A stretch of 64,000 nucleotides of DNA. Origin: Octopus sinensis. Taxonomy: Eukaryota. The translations under genes were made by a program, and so were the position numbers. This document shows positions 11,991 through 23,909 of the stretch, in pieces. The stretch's first letter is position 1. Each line of letters opens with the position of its first letter. The notes beneath the pieces were generated by a model, which saw only the letters and a program-made list of their open reading frames with translations, did not search any database and was not told where the DNA came from. Where the stretch lies: assembly GCF_006345805.1 (NCBI RefSeq), contig NC_043004.1, forward strand, positions 78,306,001-78,370,000, written 5' to 3'.

Positions 11991-13670
11991 AATTTATATT
12001 TTTTCAGATCTTAATTATTTCTGTTGTAAAATAAGCATTTTCAGGCCTAAAAATTAATAAATTAATAAATGGAAACAGAGTACAGTACCGCACTAAATAG
12101 CACAGTAATTAAAATGTATTAAAAGAAAATATGTAGAGTACCGAAGATGAGTAAACAAAGAGTCGCACATTCTGTATGGAAAATGAAACTCAGGAAATAT
12201 ACTTCCTGACCACACAACCATGCCTTGTGTCTCTCTGGATACAAAATCCATAATTTTTAGGAAGCTGCCACTGTACTGATTTCCATACTAGCACAGGTAG
12301 GATGGTTTATTATGTTCCAAATTCTGTTTGGAGTTAATGCTCTCATTGATAGGCTAGATGGCCAAATCCTACTCATACCTTCAATTTTGGGCTTGGTTTC
12401 GATAGCTGGGTATCCTTCTTAAACCTGATCACTTTATAGATAGAATGGGATACATTTAATCTTAGCACCAGCACTATTGATGTTGCCTGTTACCCTATAA
12501 GGCTTAAGAGTCCTCATTATTCCACAGGTTCTTCATTTATTGAAGAGTGTGACCAAAAGTAGGGTCTAGAAGAAAGGGAGATGACAGGAAATGCACCAAG
12601 ATGAAAGAAGCCAATATGGATTGGAGTGACGTGGTGGGGGGAGGAGTAAGAAACGGAGGAGACTGTGCTGGAAGGGCAAATGGAAGAGAGACGGTAGTGA
12701 CAGAGGGTAATAGAAGAGAAACAGTAATGGTAGATGCATGTTTGAGAAAGAGAAAGAGAGAGAGCAGATGACGGATAATCCTGGAGATGGATTATGGTAA
12801 GAGAGAGAGAGAAAGACGGAGAGGACGGTGGACTTTATTGTTGAAATCATTTTTCACCATTCACAATATTTCTCTCTTGTATAGTAGGGCAGTGGGGTCT
12901 AAAAAATTAAGTTTGATAACATGAAATGAGAAGTAAAACGACTCAATTTGTACCTTGTTTTCTCAGATATCTTTCAAGTGACATTGTCTTGTAAGCTAGA
13001 GACTAAGGTATCTCTCTGTTGATACATGGACTCTGAACAGTTGATAACTCCTTGCTATATAGGACATGTGGAAATATTCGTCAGAATCTATATAGTTTGT
13101 ACATTACAATACATTGTTTTCAATTCCATCATTTCCCTTGTCATTATCCTCATTTAACATCCACTTTTTGTGCTTGTATGAGTCAGGCAGAATTTGTTGA
13201 GCCTGATTTTCCGTGACCAGTGCCCTTCATCTTACCATCTTTCACTTCTTTCCAAGCAAGGTAATGTTTCTTCATGCCCAGACATGTTTTTCACAGAAGA
13301 CAAGAAATAAACAACATTGCTTGTCAGACAATGCATCTCATTCACAATCATTGCACCCCCCACACACCTAGTTGCAAGCACTTGCTACACAGTTGATAGG
13401 AGTGAACCTTACTGATTATGAGTGATTCTATTGTTTGGCTATAGAAAACCAGGATTGGTGCCAAATAAGAGACAATCTGATTTCTTTAATTGCATTTTAG
13501 ACTTCCATCAGAAAAAAGGATTTGGTAATTGCCTGCTGTTTTGTGTCAATTGTATGGCGTGTCCCTAAGCATTCTATAGACCAGTGGTTTCCAACCTGAG
13601 GTCTGTGGACTCTTGGTGGTCCACAAAGGGAGTACTGGGGATCCGTGAACCAAATTCAAAATTTTGTATG

Positions 13671-13710
<40 letters not shown>

Positions 13711-14562
13711 AGTCTGTCTGTCTCTAACTGTCTGTAAAAAATAAGATAAGAAAATAGAGAGATAATTAATAAATTATCATTTATTAATTAGAAAATTGAC
13801 CAACATTTTACAGCTGATTCAATTGAAGACCTTCAGAAAATTAATTAAAAAAATTTTAAATTACTTGGAAGTCAAATCTTGTCAGAGATTGAATAGACAG
13901 CTGCAGGTGTTGAGTAGACGGCTGCAGACCGTTTATATATGTATATATATACACATATACATACACATTCACATGGATAAGTGTATTAAAAGGGGTCCAT
14001 GTGATTTCCTAATTAACATGTTCTTGGCATAAATGAATTTAAGTCTTAAAAATTGCTTTTCACTGGAAATTCTGTTATCTAGTTCTGTCTGTAAGGATTG
14101 AGACATTTTAAGCCAAACAAAGATGTCACATTTAAAATGCCATTGGTATCTTTGTTATTACACCCGTTTCAGAAGCAGAAGGCCCCGAGTTCAAGCCTTG
14201 CTGAAACTTAGTGTTTGCTCTTTTTCTGTCTTGGTAACCTCGCTAGTGCTGGTGACATGAGAAATGCACCCAGTACACACCAAAACGTAGTTGATGTTAG
14301 GAAGGGCATCAAGCTGTTGGGGGCCATGCCAAAACTGACATTTCAGCTTGGTGCAGTCTCCAGCCTTACCAGCTTCTGTCAAACTGTCCAACCCATACTA
14401 ACATGGCAAATGGACATTAAATGATGTTGATGTCTAACGTCTTGTAAAGCTTGATATTCTGTGGGAAAATTTTGTATTTAAGCCTTTGTTGATTTCATTT
14501 ACAACTCAACAAATGTTGCATGTCTATGAATTATGGTGATGAATATTTAATTTCCACTGTGT

Positions 14563-14603
<41 letters not shown>

Positions 14604-14607
<4 letters not shown>

Positions 14608-15014
14608 CAATTTTGAGAAGGACCGAGAGAGCAATGGTGAGAGAAATGTGTGATGTGAGGCTGTTTGATAATAAGAGGAGGACTGAGGACTTGATGGGGA
14701 TACTGGGGTTAGAGGAATCAGTGGCAAGAGCAAATGGAGTGTGGTGATATGGGCATGTGTTGAGGAGGGACGAGGAGCATGTTCTGAGGAGGGTGCTAGA
14801 GTTTGAGGTAAATGGACAGCGAAAGCGAGGTAGACTGAGGAAAAGGTGGACGAGGAGATTGGGAGGGTTGGCTTGAGAAGGGAGGACACACAAAACTGGG
14901 CAAGATGGCGAGATGGTGTGAGAGTGGTTGCTATGGCATTGAGGTAGATCTAGCCACTTCCGTTAATGGGGACAAAACCCAGATTCAAAATGATGGATGG
15001 ATGATGATGATGAT
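14604..15014 (+). mobile_element. RTE LINE 3' fragment (second lineage) with a (GAT)n tail
   Basis: ILRRTERAMVREMCDVRL....EDLMGILGLEE..ARANGVW*YGHVLRRDEEHVLRRVLEFEV.G.RKRGR; 3' UTR ctatggcattgaggtagatc...ggggacaaaacccagat, then ATGATGATG. Confidence 0.85.
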
Positions 15015-15068
15015 GTATGGAGTTACTTGAAATCTTAATCATTAGCTCATACTACAAACCTCATGTAG

Positions 15069-15112
<44 letters not shown>

Positions 15113-16204
15113 TGGTGGCACAAAAAATGTATCCAGTACACAATGTGAAGTGGTTGGCATTAAGAAGGGCATTCAGGCATAGAAACTATGTCAAAGCTCT
15201 CATGGAACACAATGCAGGACTATGGTTCACTGGATCCTGTCAAACCATGCCAGCATGGAAAATGGACATTAAATAATGATGAAGATGATGATATCTCTCC
15301 CTCTCTCTCTCTCTCACACACACACATCTTGTACTTAGGTCTTCACACCATAGTTACTGGAAGTGATCTAAAAATTACCTGATTATTTTTATTATTATTT
15401 TGCTCCTTATTAAGTATTTTTCAGTCATCTACTGGATTTAATTTTTAATTCTCATTAATCCAATGAGACTCAATCTTAATCTATTTGGCAGCCAGCAACA
15501 CTGCTGCTGCTAAGACCGACTCTTCATAAATTGCACCCCACCCACCCCCACCCGACTCAACATTCCATCCTTCTCTCACTCTTTCAATACTTTGCAGTGT
15601 TTTTAAGCATCAATTTTGTCACCTCTCGGCTCAAATATCAGCAATTAAAATTAGTTTCTGTTTAACGAAGCTTTTCAAATTCAATATTTCCCATTTCCTG
15701 GAGAACCATATGGGAGAATATGGAATCATGGAACTTATAACCATACTTCCTAGAAAAATGGTTTTGCCCCTACTAACACTTTATAATGGTACTGTGTACC
15801 AATATTTTGCAGAAGGTGAAGATAATCCTAATTTATCTTCTCATGCAACACTTTCAATCTCTTTTTCTGAAAAAGTCGAATTTATTTACTTATGGGCATC
15901 AAATTCTTCTGATATCGAATAAAACCAAGTCTGTTGTCCTCCAACGCCAATCAAAATGATTTATCTCCTTACTTAGGTCTCTTCTCTTAGATTATTCCTA
16001 GAACTAAATATCTCAACTGGAGCAATTCTTTGAAACCTCACTTAGGCAGATTTCCTTCCCATCTCTTTTGTCTTAAAGAATTCCTTGATGAAATAGTTGG
16101 TTTTTGGACAGATAGTTAAGTTTCCTCTAGCCCTTTAACTCTAGTGACCCCAAAGAAGTTTGTCAGTTTCTTTTCACCAATGGCTGATAGGCTTCAGTTT
16201 TTAT

Positions 16205-16550
16205 TTTTTGTTTCAGTCATTAGACTGTGGCCATGCTGGGGCACCGCCTTGAAGAATTCTAGTCGAACAAATCAACCCCAGTACTTATTTCTTTTTTTTT
16301 AGCCTGGTATTATTCTGTCAGACTCTTTTTGCTGAATCACTAAGTTATGGGATGTAAAAAAACCCTACACCAGTTGGTCAAGTGGTGTTGGGTGACAAAC
16401 AAAGACACATACACAGTGGGCTTCTTTCAGTTTCCATCTCTCAGATCCACTTGCAAGGCTTTAGTCAGTGCCTGAGGCTGCAATAGAAGACACCTGCCCA
16501 AGATGCCAAATTGTGAGATTGAACCTGGAACCATGTGGTTCCACACAACC
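16205..16550 (-). mobile_element. SINE family A
   Basis: Reverse complement of family A. Confidence 0.8.
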
Positions 16551-17453
16551 ACAACACTTTACATTTAAGAAAAATTTTGCTGATTTTCCTATTCTCCCAA
16601 CATATGCATAAAATAAATTCCTTCATAACCCAACCTAACATACACCCTATAAAGAAAACTCAAGCATGTTTTTGCTCTTATCACCAAAAAGTCTTTTCAA
16701 AGCATATTCTGCCCCATCACATTGTTTCTGAAGCTGTCCTTGTGCACATTGACATTTAAATTGTTATTGTGCACCTCCCTGTTATTCTAAATATTTCATT
16801 TTCTCTCCTTTAGCTTAGTTGCAGATTAGCTTTGTGTTTTATCACCTCATTCAGTACATATTATAAACATGCCTCTCAACTGCCTCTCAGTCCCTTATTT
16901 CCTCCCCCATCGCTCTCTCTCCCCATCACTAGTCTTTTATTCTTCCCATGTTCACTTCTTACCAATAATAATAATACACCACTATATTTACAGCAGTTAA
17001 GCGAAGCCCATGTTTTAACAGCTGATACACACACACACATTTCTTTTTCTGTATCTCTGCCAAAACCACTCTCCCTCCATCACAAGCTAATCTCTATTAT
17101 TACACCTATTTACTTCACAGTACCTTTCATTATGCCTTCATTTAATGCGTGTTAGGATATGCAGAATCCAAACTCATCAGAGTTTGGTAGACTTTATTCT
17201 TACCCCAACGGCAACATCTCGCTACCTTTGCTTTTCCGTGTTATGGTTTACAGCAGTTTAAATAGAATATAAACTCTAGCAAATGCTCAATAATTTCTTC
17301 AAAGCTGCTGTATTAATGGTTGTAAGTTCTTAGCTTTGATACTTTCTAAATTTATTTTTATATTTTGAAGTATTGTTTTAGTTTCTACTTATTATTTATA
17401 GAAATGGTTCATTGCTCTATAATGCCAGGCTTTTTACTTGAATAACTATTCTG

Positions 17454-17487
<34 letters not shown>

Positions 17488-17764
17488 CTTTATTGCCCAC
17501 AGGGTGCTAAACATAGAGGGGACAAACAAGGACAGACAACGGGATTAAGTTGATTACATCAACCCCAGTGCATAACTGGTACTTATTTAGTCAACCCCGA
17601 AAGGATGAAAGACAAAGTTGACCTTGGTGGAATTTGGACTTGGAATGTAATGACCGATAGAATAAGTACTAGGCTTACAAAGAATAAGTCCAGGGATCGA
17701 TTTGTTCAACTAAAAAGCTGTGCTCCAGCATGGCTGCAGTCAAATGACTGAAACAAATAAAAGA

Positions 17765-17821
<57 letters not shown>

Positions 17822-18628
17822 TTACATACATACTTACACATTCTGTTGATGCTGATGCCATGTAAAAAGCATCCAGTACACTTTGTAAAGTGGTTGGTAT
17901 TAGGAAGTGTAAAAAACCATGCCAAAACAGACATGGCTCCCAGTCATGCTAGTTCCTGTGAAACTGTCCAACCCATTCCAGCATGGAAAACGGATGTTAA
18001 CTGAAGATAATGATGATGATGTGTATGTATGCACATGTGCATGTGTGTGCATACATAAATGTGTGTGTGAATGTGTGTATGTATATATATATATATCTGT
18101 ATAGGTTTTCAATAGTCAAGGTTGACTATGTATCTACACCTGTATATCATGGGATGTGAGCTGTGGGAACTTGACTGCTATTTCTAGAAGTTTGAGGCTT
18201 CCTTGTTTTAAAAGATGTTGGTGGTGGTGGTGAGTTTAATTATTTTTCATTGAGAAATCAGCAGTTGTATAAACAGAGGTCATAAGAAAATCACAGTAGT
18301 AATTATGATCTTTGATGTGTAATTTTCTTTCTGTTTACACTGTAAAATAGAATATATAAATTAAACAAACAAAATAAAGAATCTGGGTTGTTTTACGTAG
18401 TTCTTAGCCGTATTGTGTAATTGCTTTTGTAACGAATCAACTTTTCATTACATTTCAATCCAATATATTTGCTATTCACTGTTTTTTAAAAATTTTTTGT
18501 ATTTTACTTGCATTCTGTTTCAATACACAAGAAATTGATTTGTGCCATTTTTTTTTTTGAAATGTGAATAAAATTTAATTGAAAGGGATTGTGATTGTAA
18601 AAGATTTGAGTTCACTGTATTTAGCTAA

Positions 18629-18666
<38 letters not shown>

Positions 18667-18792
18667 CAGAATAAAGTTTAATACCAAATCCATCTTCTCG
18701 TTAATTAATATATAAACAGCAATTACATTATGGAAGACACAGATTAGCCTGTTAACTTAGTTGATCATTTATTATTTGGTGTCAGAATTATT

Positions 18793-20678
18793 GTTGCCAT
18801 CTTCCTAGTGAGACAGCTACAGGAAAAGTACTTGGCCAAAGGTAAGCCATTGTACTTAGTCTTTGTCGACCTGGAGAAAGCTTTTGACAGAGTTCTACCA
18901 CTCTGTTATATGGTGGTCTTTAAGGAAGTTAGGAGATGAGGAGTGGCTTGTTAGAGCTGTACAAGCCTTGTCCAGTGTTGCTGTCAGTAAGGTGAGAGTT
19001 GACCACGAATACAGTGATGAATTTAGTATACAAGTAGGGGTTCACCAAGGTTCAGTTCTCGGTCCACTCTTACTTTTTATAGTCCTCCAGGCCATAACAG
19101 AGGAATTCAAAACTGGGTGTCAATTTTGCAGAATCTTTGGCAAAATTGGAGAAGGAATTCCAGGTATGGAAATGAAACCTGGAATCAAAGTTAACCTAGC
19201 AAAGACTGAAGTTGTTAGTAAGAAAGAAGATAAAACTCTCTTTCTCTCAGGTAAATGGCCCTGCTCAATATGTAGGAAAGGAGTTGGAAGAAATTCCATT
19301 CGCTGCACCCAGTGTAAACTATGGACACATAAGAGGTCACACTGAAATCACAGGTAGATTTAACAGATAACTTCATCTTTGTATGTCGCAGATGTGCAGG
19401 AACAATAAACACTAAGAGCACAAGGGACTTCGATTCTCTCAAATGTCCAGGAGGCTCTCTTGAGGTTGTAGATAATTTCTGCTACCTAGGTAACCAAATT
19501 AGCAATGGTGGAGGATGCTCTGAAAATATTGTTTTTAGAATAAGAATTGGGTGGAGGAAGTTCAGAGAGCTATTACCTCTGTTGGCAGCAAAAGGACTCT
19601 CTCTCAGAATGAAAGGTAGACTATATGATGCTTGTGTGCGAATGGCTATACTCCATGGTAGTGTGACATGGGCTCTGAATGCAGAAGACATGCATAGACT
19701 GGAGAGAAATGAAGGTAGTATGCTCTGTTGGATGTGCAACATTAGAGGACAAAGTACAAATGTGTTGAGAGAAAAGTTGGGCATAAGAGGAATCAAATGT
19801 AGCATGCAAGAGAGAAGACTACATTGGTTTGGACATGTGATGCGTATGAATGAGGACAGCTGCATAAAGAAGAGCCAATCACTGAAAGTGGATGGTACCT
19901 GTGGAAGAGGGAGACCCAGGAAGACATGGGATGAAGATGTAAGGGCTGATCTCAGGATGTTGGGCCTCATGGAGGAAATAACAATGGACCGAGATGTGTG
20001 GCAATATGAGGTTCGTGAGAAGACCCGCCCACATCAACGAAACTGAGTTCTAGAAAACTTCTCACCCACTCTACCAAACCAAACCAAACTGCATCTCTCT
20101 TCTTCACATTTCCACTTCATGCACTATTCTTACCTCCTACTCCCCAATCCTGTCCTCTTGGCTTTGTGCCACTGTATCATTGCTCTCTGCTAGCTCCCCC
20201 ACCCAACCTGTTTGTTCCACCCATATGTAATGAAAACTTTTCACACACCCTACCCCAACAAACCAATCCTCATCTCTTCCTCACATTTCCTCCTTCATAT
20301 ACTATGTCTAGGTCTCAATCCCCAATCCTGTCCTCACAGCTCTGTTCCTTTGTCTTATCTGGTAGCCCCCTGACTTTATATATACCCAGGTTTTCACTGC
20401 CCCCCCCCATTTAATCATGCTTCCTCCACAATATCCTTCCACTTATGGTATGATGTTCGAACCTCAAGGGTAAAAACCTTGCCAAAACTGACCTCTATTG
20501 TGCTTGTGCCATGTAAAAAGCACTAAGTCCACTCTGCTGAGTGGTTGATGTTAGGAAGGGCATCCAACTGTAAAAATTCTGCCAAAACAGTTACAGAAGT
20601 CTGGTTCATGCTCTTGTCAAACCATCTCACCCATGCCAGTATGGAAGGTGGACATTAAACAATGATGATGGTGATGAT
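18793..20678 (+). mobile_element. 5'-truncated RTE-clade LINE (RT with an inserted PHD-like finger, C-terminus, ~630-bp 3' UTR, (GAT)n tail); dead copy
   Basis: AIFLVRQLQEKYLAKGKPLYLVFVDLEKAFDRV, GVHQGSVLGPLLL, KVNLAKT, WPCSICRKGVGRNSIRCTQCKLWTHKR, LEVVDNFCYLG, RIGWRKFRELLPLL, LHWFGHVMRM, GRGRPRKTW. The YADD segment is deleted at about 19121 and there are several frameshifts. The 3' end is the aggaagggcatcc...acattaaa-(TGA)n tail shared with many short repeats. Confidence 0.93.
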
Positions 20679-21009
20679 CTGTGACCTGGTCTCTGACAAA
20701 AGGTCCTGACCAAGTTCCACTGTAACTGGTTTGAGATCAGGCTGTTGGCCTATTTATATATATACATATATAAGGAGTAAATATTCGGAAGTCATCATCA
20801 TCATCATCATCATCGTTTAACGTCCGCTTTCCATGCTAGCATGGGTTGGACGGTTCAACTGGGGTCTGGCAAGCCCGAAGGCTGCACCAGGCCAGTCAGG
20901 TATGGCAGTGTTTCTACAGCTGGATGCCCTTCCTAATGCCAACCACTCCGAGAGTGTAGTGGGTGATTTTATGTGCCATCGACACAGTCATATATCTACT
21001 AGACTACCT

Positions 21010-21330
21010 GAGATCCGTTGGGTCACCTGGAAAGACTGAGTTTCCCAGTAATGGAGTTTTGTTTCGTGGGTTTCTTTTCTTTTCCAGGTTATTTTGCATG
21101 CTTTCAACGAATGTGACATCGAAATCACACGTAAACGGCTCCTTTCTCCAGAAAAGGAAAGATTTGGCTGCTATTTCTTGCACACCCTGCTACCACATAA
21201 CAGGTATTTTAGGCCCTTTATCGCAAATAGCTGTTACATGGTAGCAGGGCAGGCTAGAAATAGCCAAATCTTTGGAGCTGAGATATGTTGAATGCACTCA
21301 AAGAATTTTTTGTAATGGTATTCTCTTGGG
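21010..21330. repeat. Interspersed repeat with an internal hairpin; second copy at about 63660-64000
   Basis: ttcttttccaggtt....catgc.ttcaacgaatgtgac...gctcctttc..cagaaaaggaaagatttggctgctatttct.gca..ctctgctaccac.taacag.tattt is shared with 63815-63950. Confidence 0.75.
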
Positions 21331-22914
21331 GTGATCTTTTGCTTTGACCCTCAGAACTGTCATCTGGATCAGCTGGTTTTGTTCGTTAATTTCCATAAAT
21401 TTTTTTATTTATTTACATATGTTTTAAAATGAAAGCTGTATGAACAGAAATGGATGTGTGTGTGTGTGTGTGTGTGAGAGAGAGTGCCACTGACACAAAC
21501 ATGAGAATACACACATTCACTCACACTCTCTCTCACACACATGCACACGTACATACAAAATAGATGTACGCATATGTATTGATGTATGTACATACACACG
21601 GCAACACACTCCTTCACTCACTTTCTCTCACTCTCTTTTTCTCTCTCCCTCTCTTCCTCTCTCTCTTTCACACACGTCCATTTCATACACACGCACATAC
21701 ATCTTTCACTTTCTTCTCTTTTTCACTTTAAAGCAAAAGTAAATAGATACAAATTTTTTATGGAAGTTAACAAACTCTGGATGTTAAGTGAAAGATCGCC
21801 ATTCACTTGACAATAATATAAAAAAACCATTAAAATATTGTCTGTTTAAAGAAAGCTAAAATATAAATACTTACTGTACAAACAACTTACATTTTTGAAA
21901 TCACATTCAGTTAAAAATATTTGTAAATGATTAAAATATTGTGTACGTCAAAAAGTTGACATTTTTTCTTTTTTTTTCTTAGAGAACATGAAGACTATGT
22001 GTGTGTGTATGTCACAGATAGCAGACGTGTTTGTGTTGATTGACATGCCATGACTTTCATTATATGTGTGTGTATTCTGTATATGTGTTGATGTCACAGA
22101 AGCGATATTTTTTTCTCCGTCAAGAAATAACAAACAAAAATTGTGTTTAATCGTTTAATAAATAGAATCGCCAATATCACAAAAATTTGTACAGCATTGC
22201 TGAAGGTAAGTATGAAAATAAATATGCAAAAAAAAATTAAGATAAAATATACTGTTTCTGAGATATTTCAGGTACACACAAACATCTCTAGAGTTTTAGT
22301 ATTATCAAGATTATTATTGTTATTATTATCGGCAGTAATTATAAGTAGTTGATAACAACAACGATAATATAGGTGGTTGTAAGCCTTAAATAGCATTAGT
22401 TAGCTATAAGATTAAAGTTTAAAATTTATATCCATCATAAGGACACACAAGGTGCCTACCTGCTAGAAAGAGGAGCTAAAACTCTTAGTTAAACCACCAA
22501 TAACACTGAAAATTTCAATAGAAAAATTACTGTAAGCAGGTGAACGGGTCAAATAATTTTAACCTGCCAAAAGACAGCTCAATGATAAATATTTTGGCAT
22601 TTGGATACACTTGAATTGTGATTTCTAGTTCTGGAGAAATGCCTCAACTTTCATCAGCAAATTTCGTATATATATGTATAGACATATAGGTGTTAGGAAG
22701 GGCATCCAGCCGTATATATATATGTATAGACATATTGGCGTTAGGAAGGGCATCCAGCCGTAGAAACAATGCCAGATCTGACTGGGCCTGATGAAGCCTT
22801 CCGGCTTCACAGACCCCAGTTGAACCGTCCAACCCAAGCTAGCATGGAAAACGGACGCTAAATGATGATGATGATATATATATATATATTTATATATATA
22901 TATATATATATATT

Positions 22915-23147
22915 ATCTTATTTCAGTCATTTGACTGTGGCCATGCTGGGACAACTTTTCATTATATTTTGATCCAATATATTTTGGAGAATTTTGAAGA
23001 ATTGTTTGTCAAATGACTAAACCACTGTACTCTCTTTTTTTATGATTGACACTTATTCTATCGACCTGTTTTGGCAACCTGCTAAGTTATGGGGATGTAA
23101 ATACACCAACACAGGCTGCCAAGCGGTTGTAGGGGACAAACACACAC

Positions 23148-23192
<45 letters not shown>

Positions 23193-23345
23193 TGCACACA
23201 CACAGACACAATAAGCTTTTTCAGTTTCTGTCTACTATATCCACTTACAAGGCTTTGGTCGGCCCAGGGCTATAGTAGTTGCTTACCCATGGTGCCATGC
23301 AGTGGGACTGAACCCAGAGCCATGTGGTTGGGAAGCAAACTCCTT
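22915..23345 (-). mobile_element. SINE family A
   Basis: Reverse complement of family A with an internal (CA)n. Confidence 0.8.
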
Positions 23346-23559
23346 ACAACACAGCCACGCTTGTATGAATGTATGTATAAGCTTCAGAGTTTTAAATATA
23401 ATTCTCTCTCCCTCTCCTCTATATAGGTCAGTTATTCTGCTTGCTATATTGCCTGTTGCTTATACTAGGTCAGTTAATTTGGCATTTGGTTGAAATTCAT
23501 CTACTCACTCTTGTGCTCTCTCTCTCTCCCTCTCTCATCCTCTCTCTCTCTCCCTCTCT

Positions 23560-23590
<31 letters not shown>

Positions 23591-23878
23591 CCCCTTCTCT
23601 CAGTGGTGGTGAGTGGGGAACCCTTGGCGTTGCACTGTGCAGCAGAATGGGGGATTAATGACTTCAAAGAAGAGACTCTGTCAATGCTCAACACCCACAC
23701 AACAGAAACAATAGAGATGGGCTGATACAAACAGTACGAGGTGGGGGTGCGAGTGGTAATAGTAATAAACAGTAGTGTAATTATCTAAGTTTGCTTCATT
23801 AGATAACTTTGTCGTTGAGTAATAAGAAATGAAATTAATGGTCTTCAGTTTCGTTATCTTTTTGAATATAAACAGCTG

Positions 23879-23909
<31 letters not shown>

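Noticed and set aside
12967-13007. Possible small exon (24 nt to GTAAGC at 12991, or 41 nt to GTATCT at 13008)
   Set aside because: The 24-nt form ends in T and creates TAG with the AG starting the next exon, and the 41-nt form shifts frame. Not a plausible coding exon; no other support.
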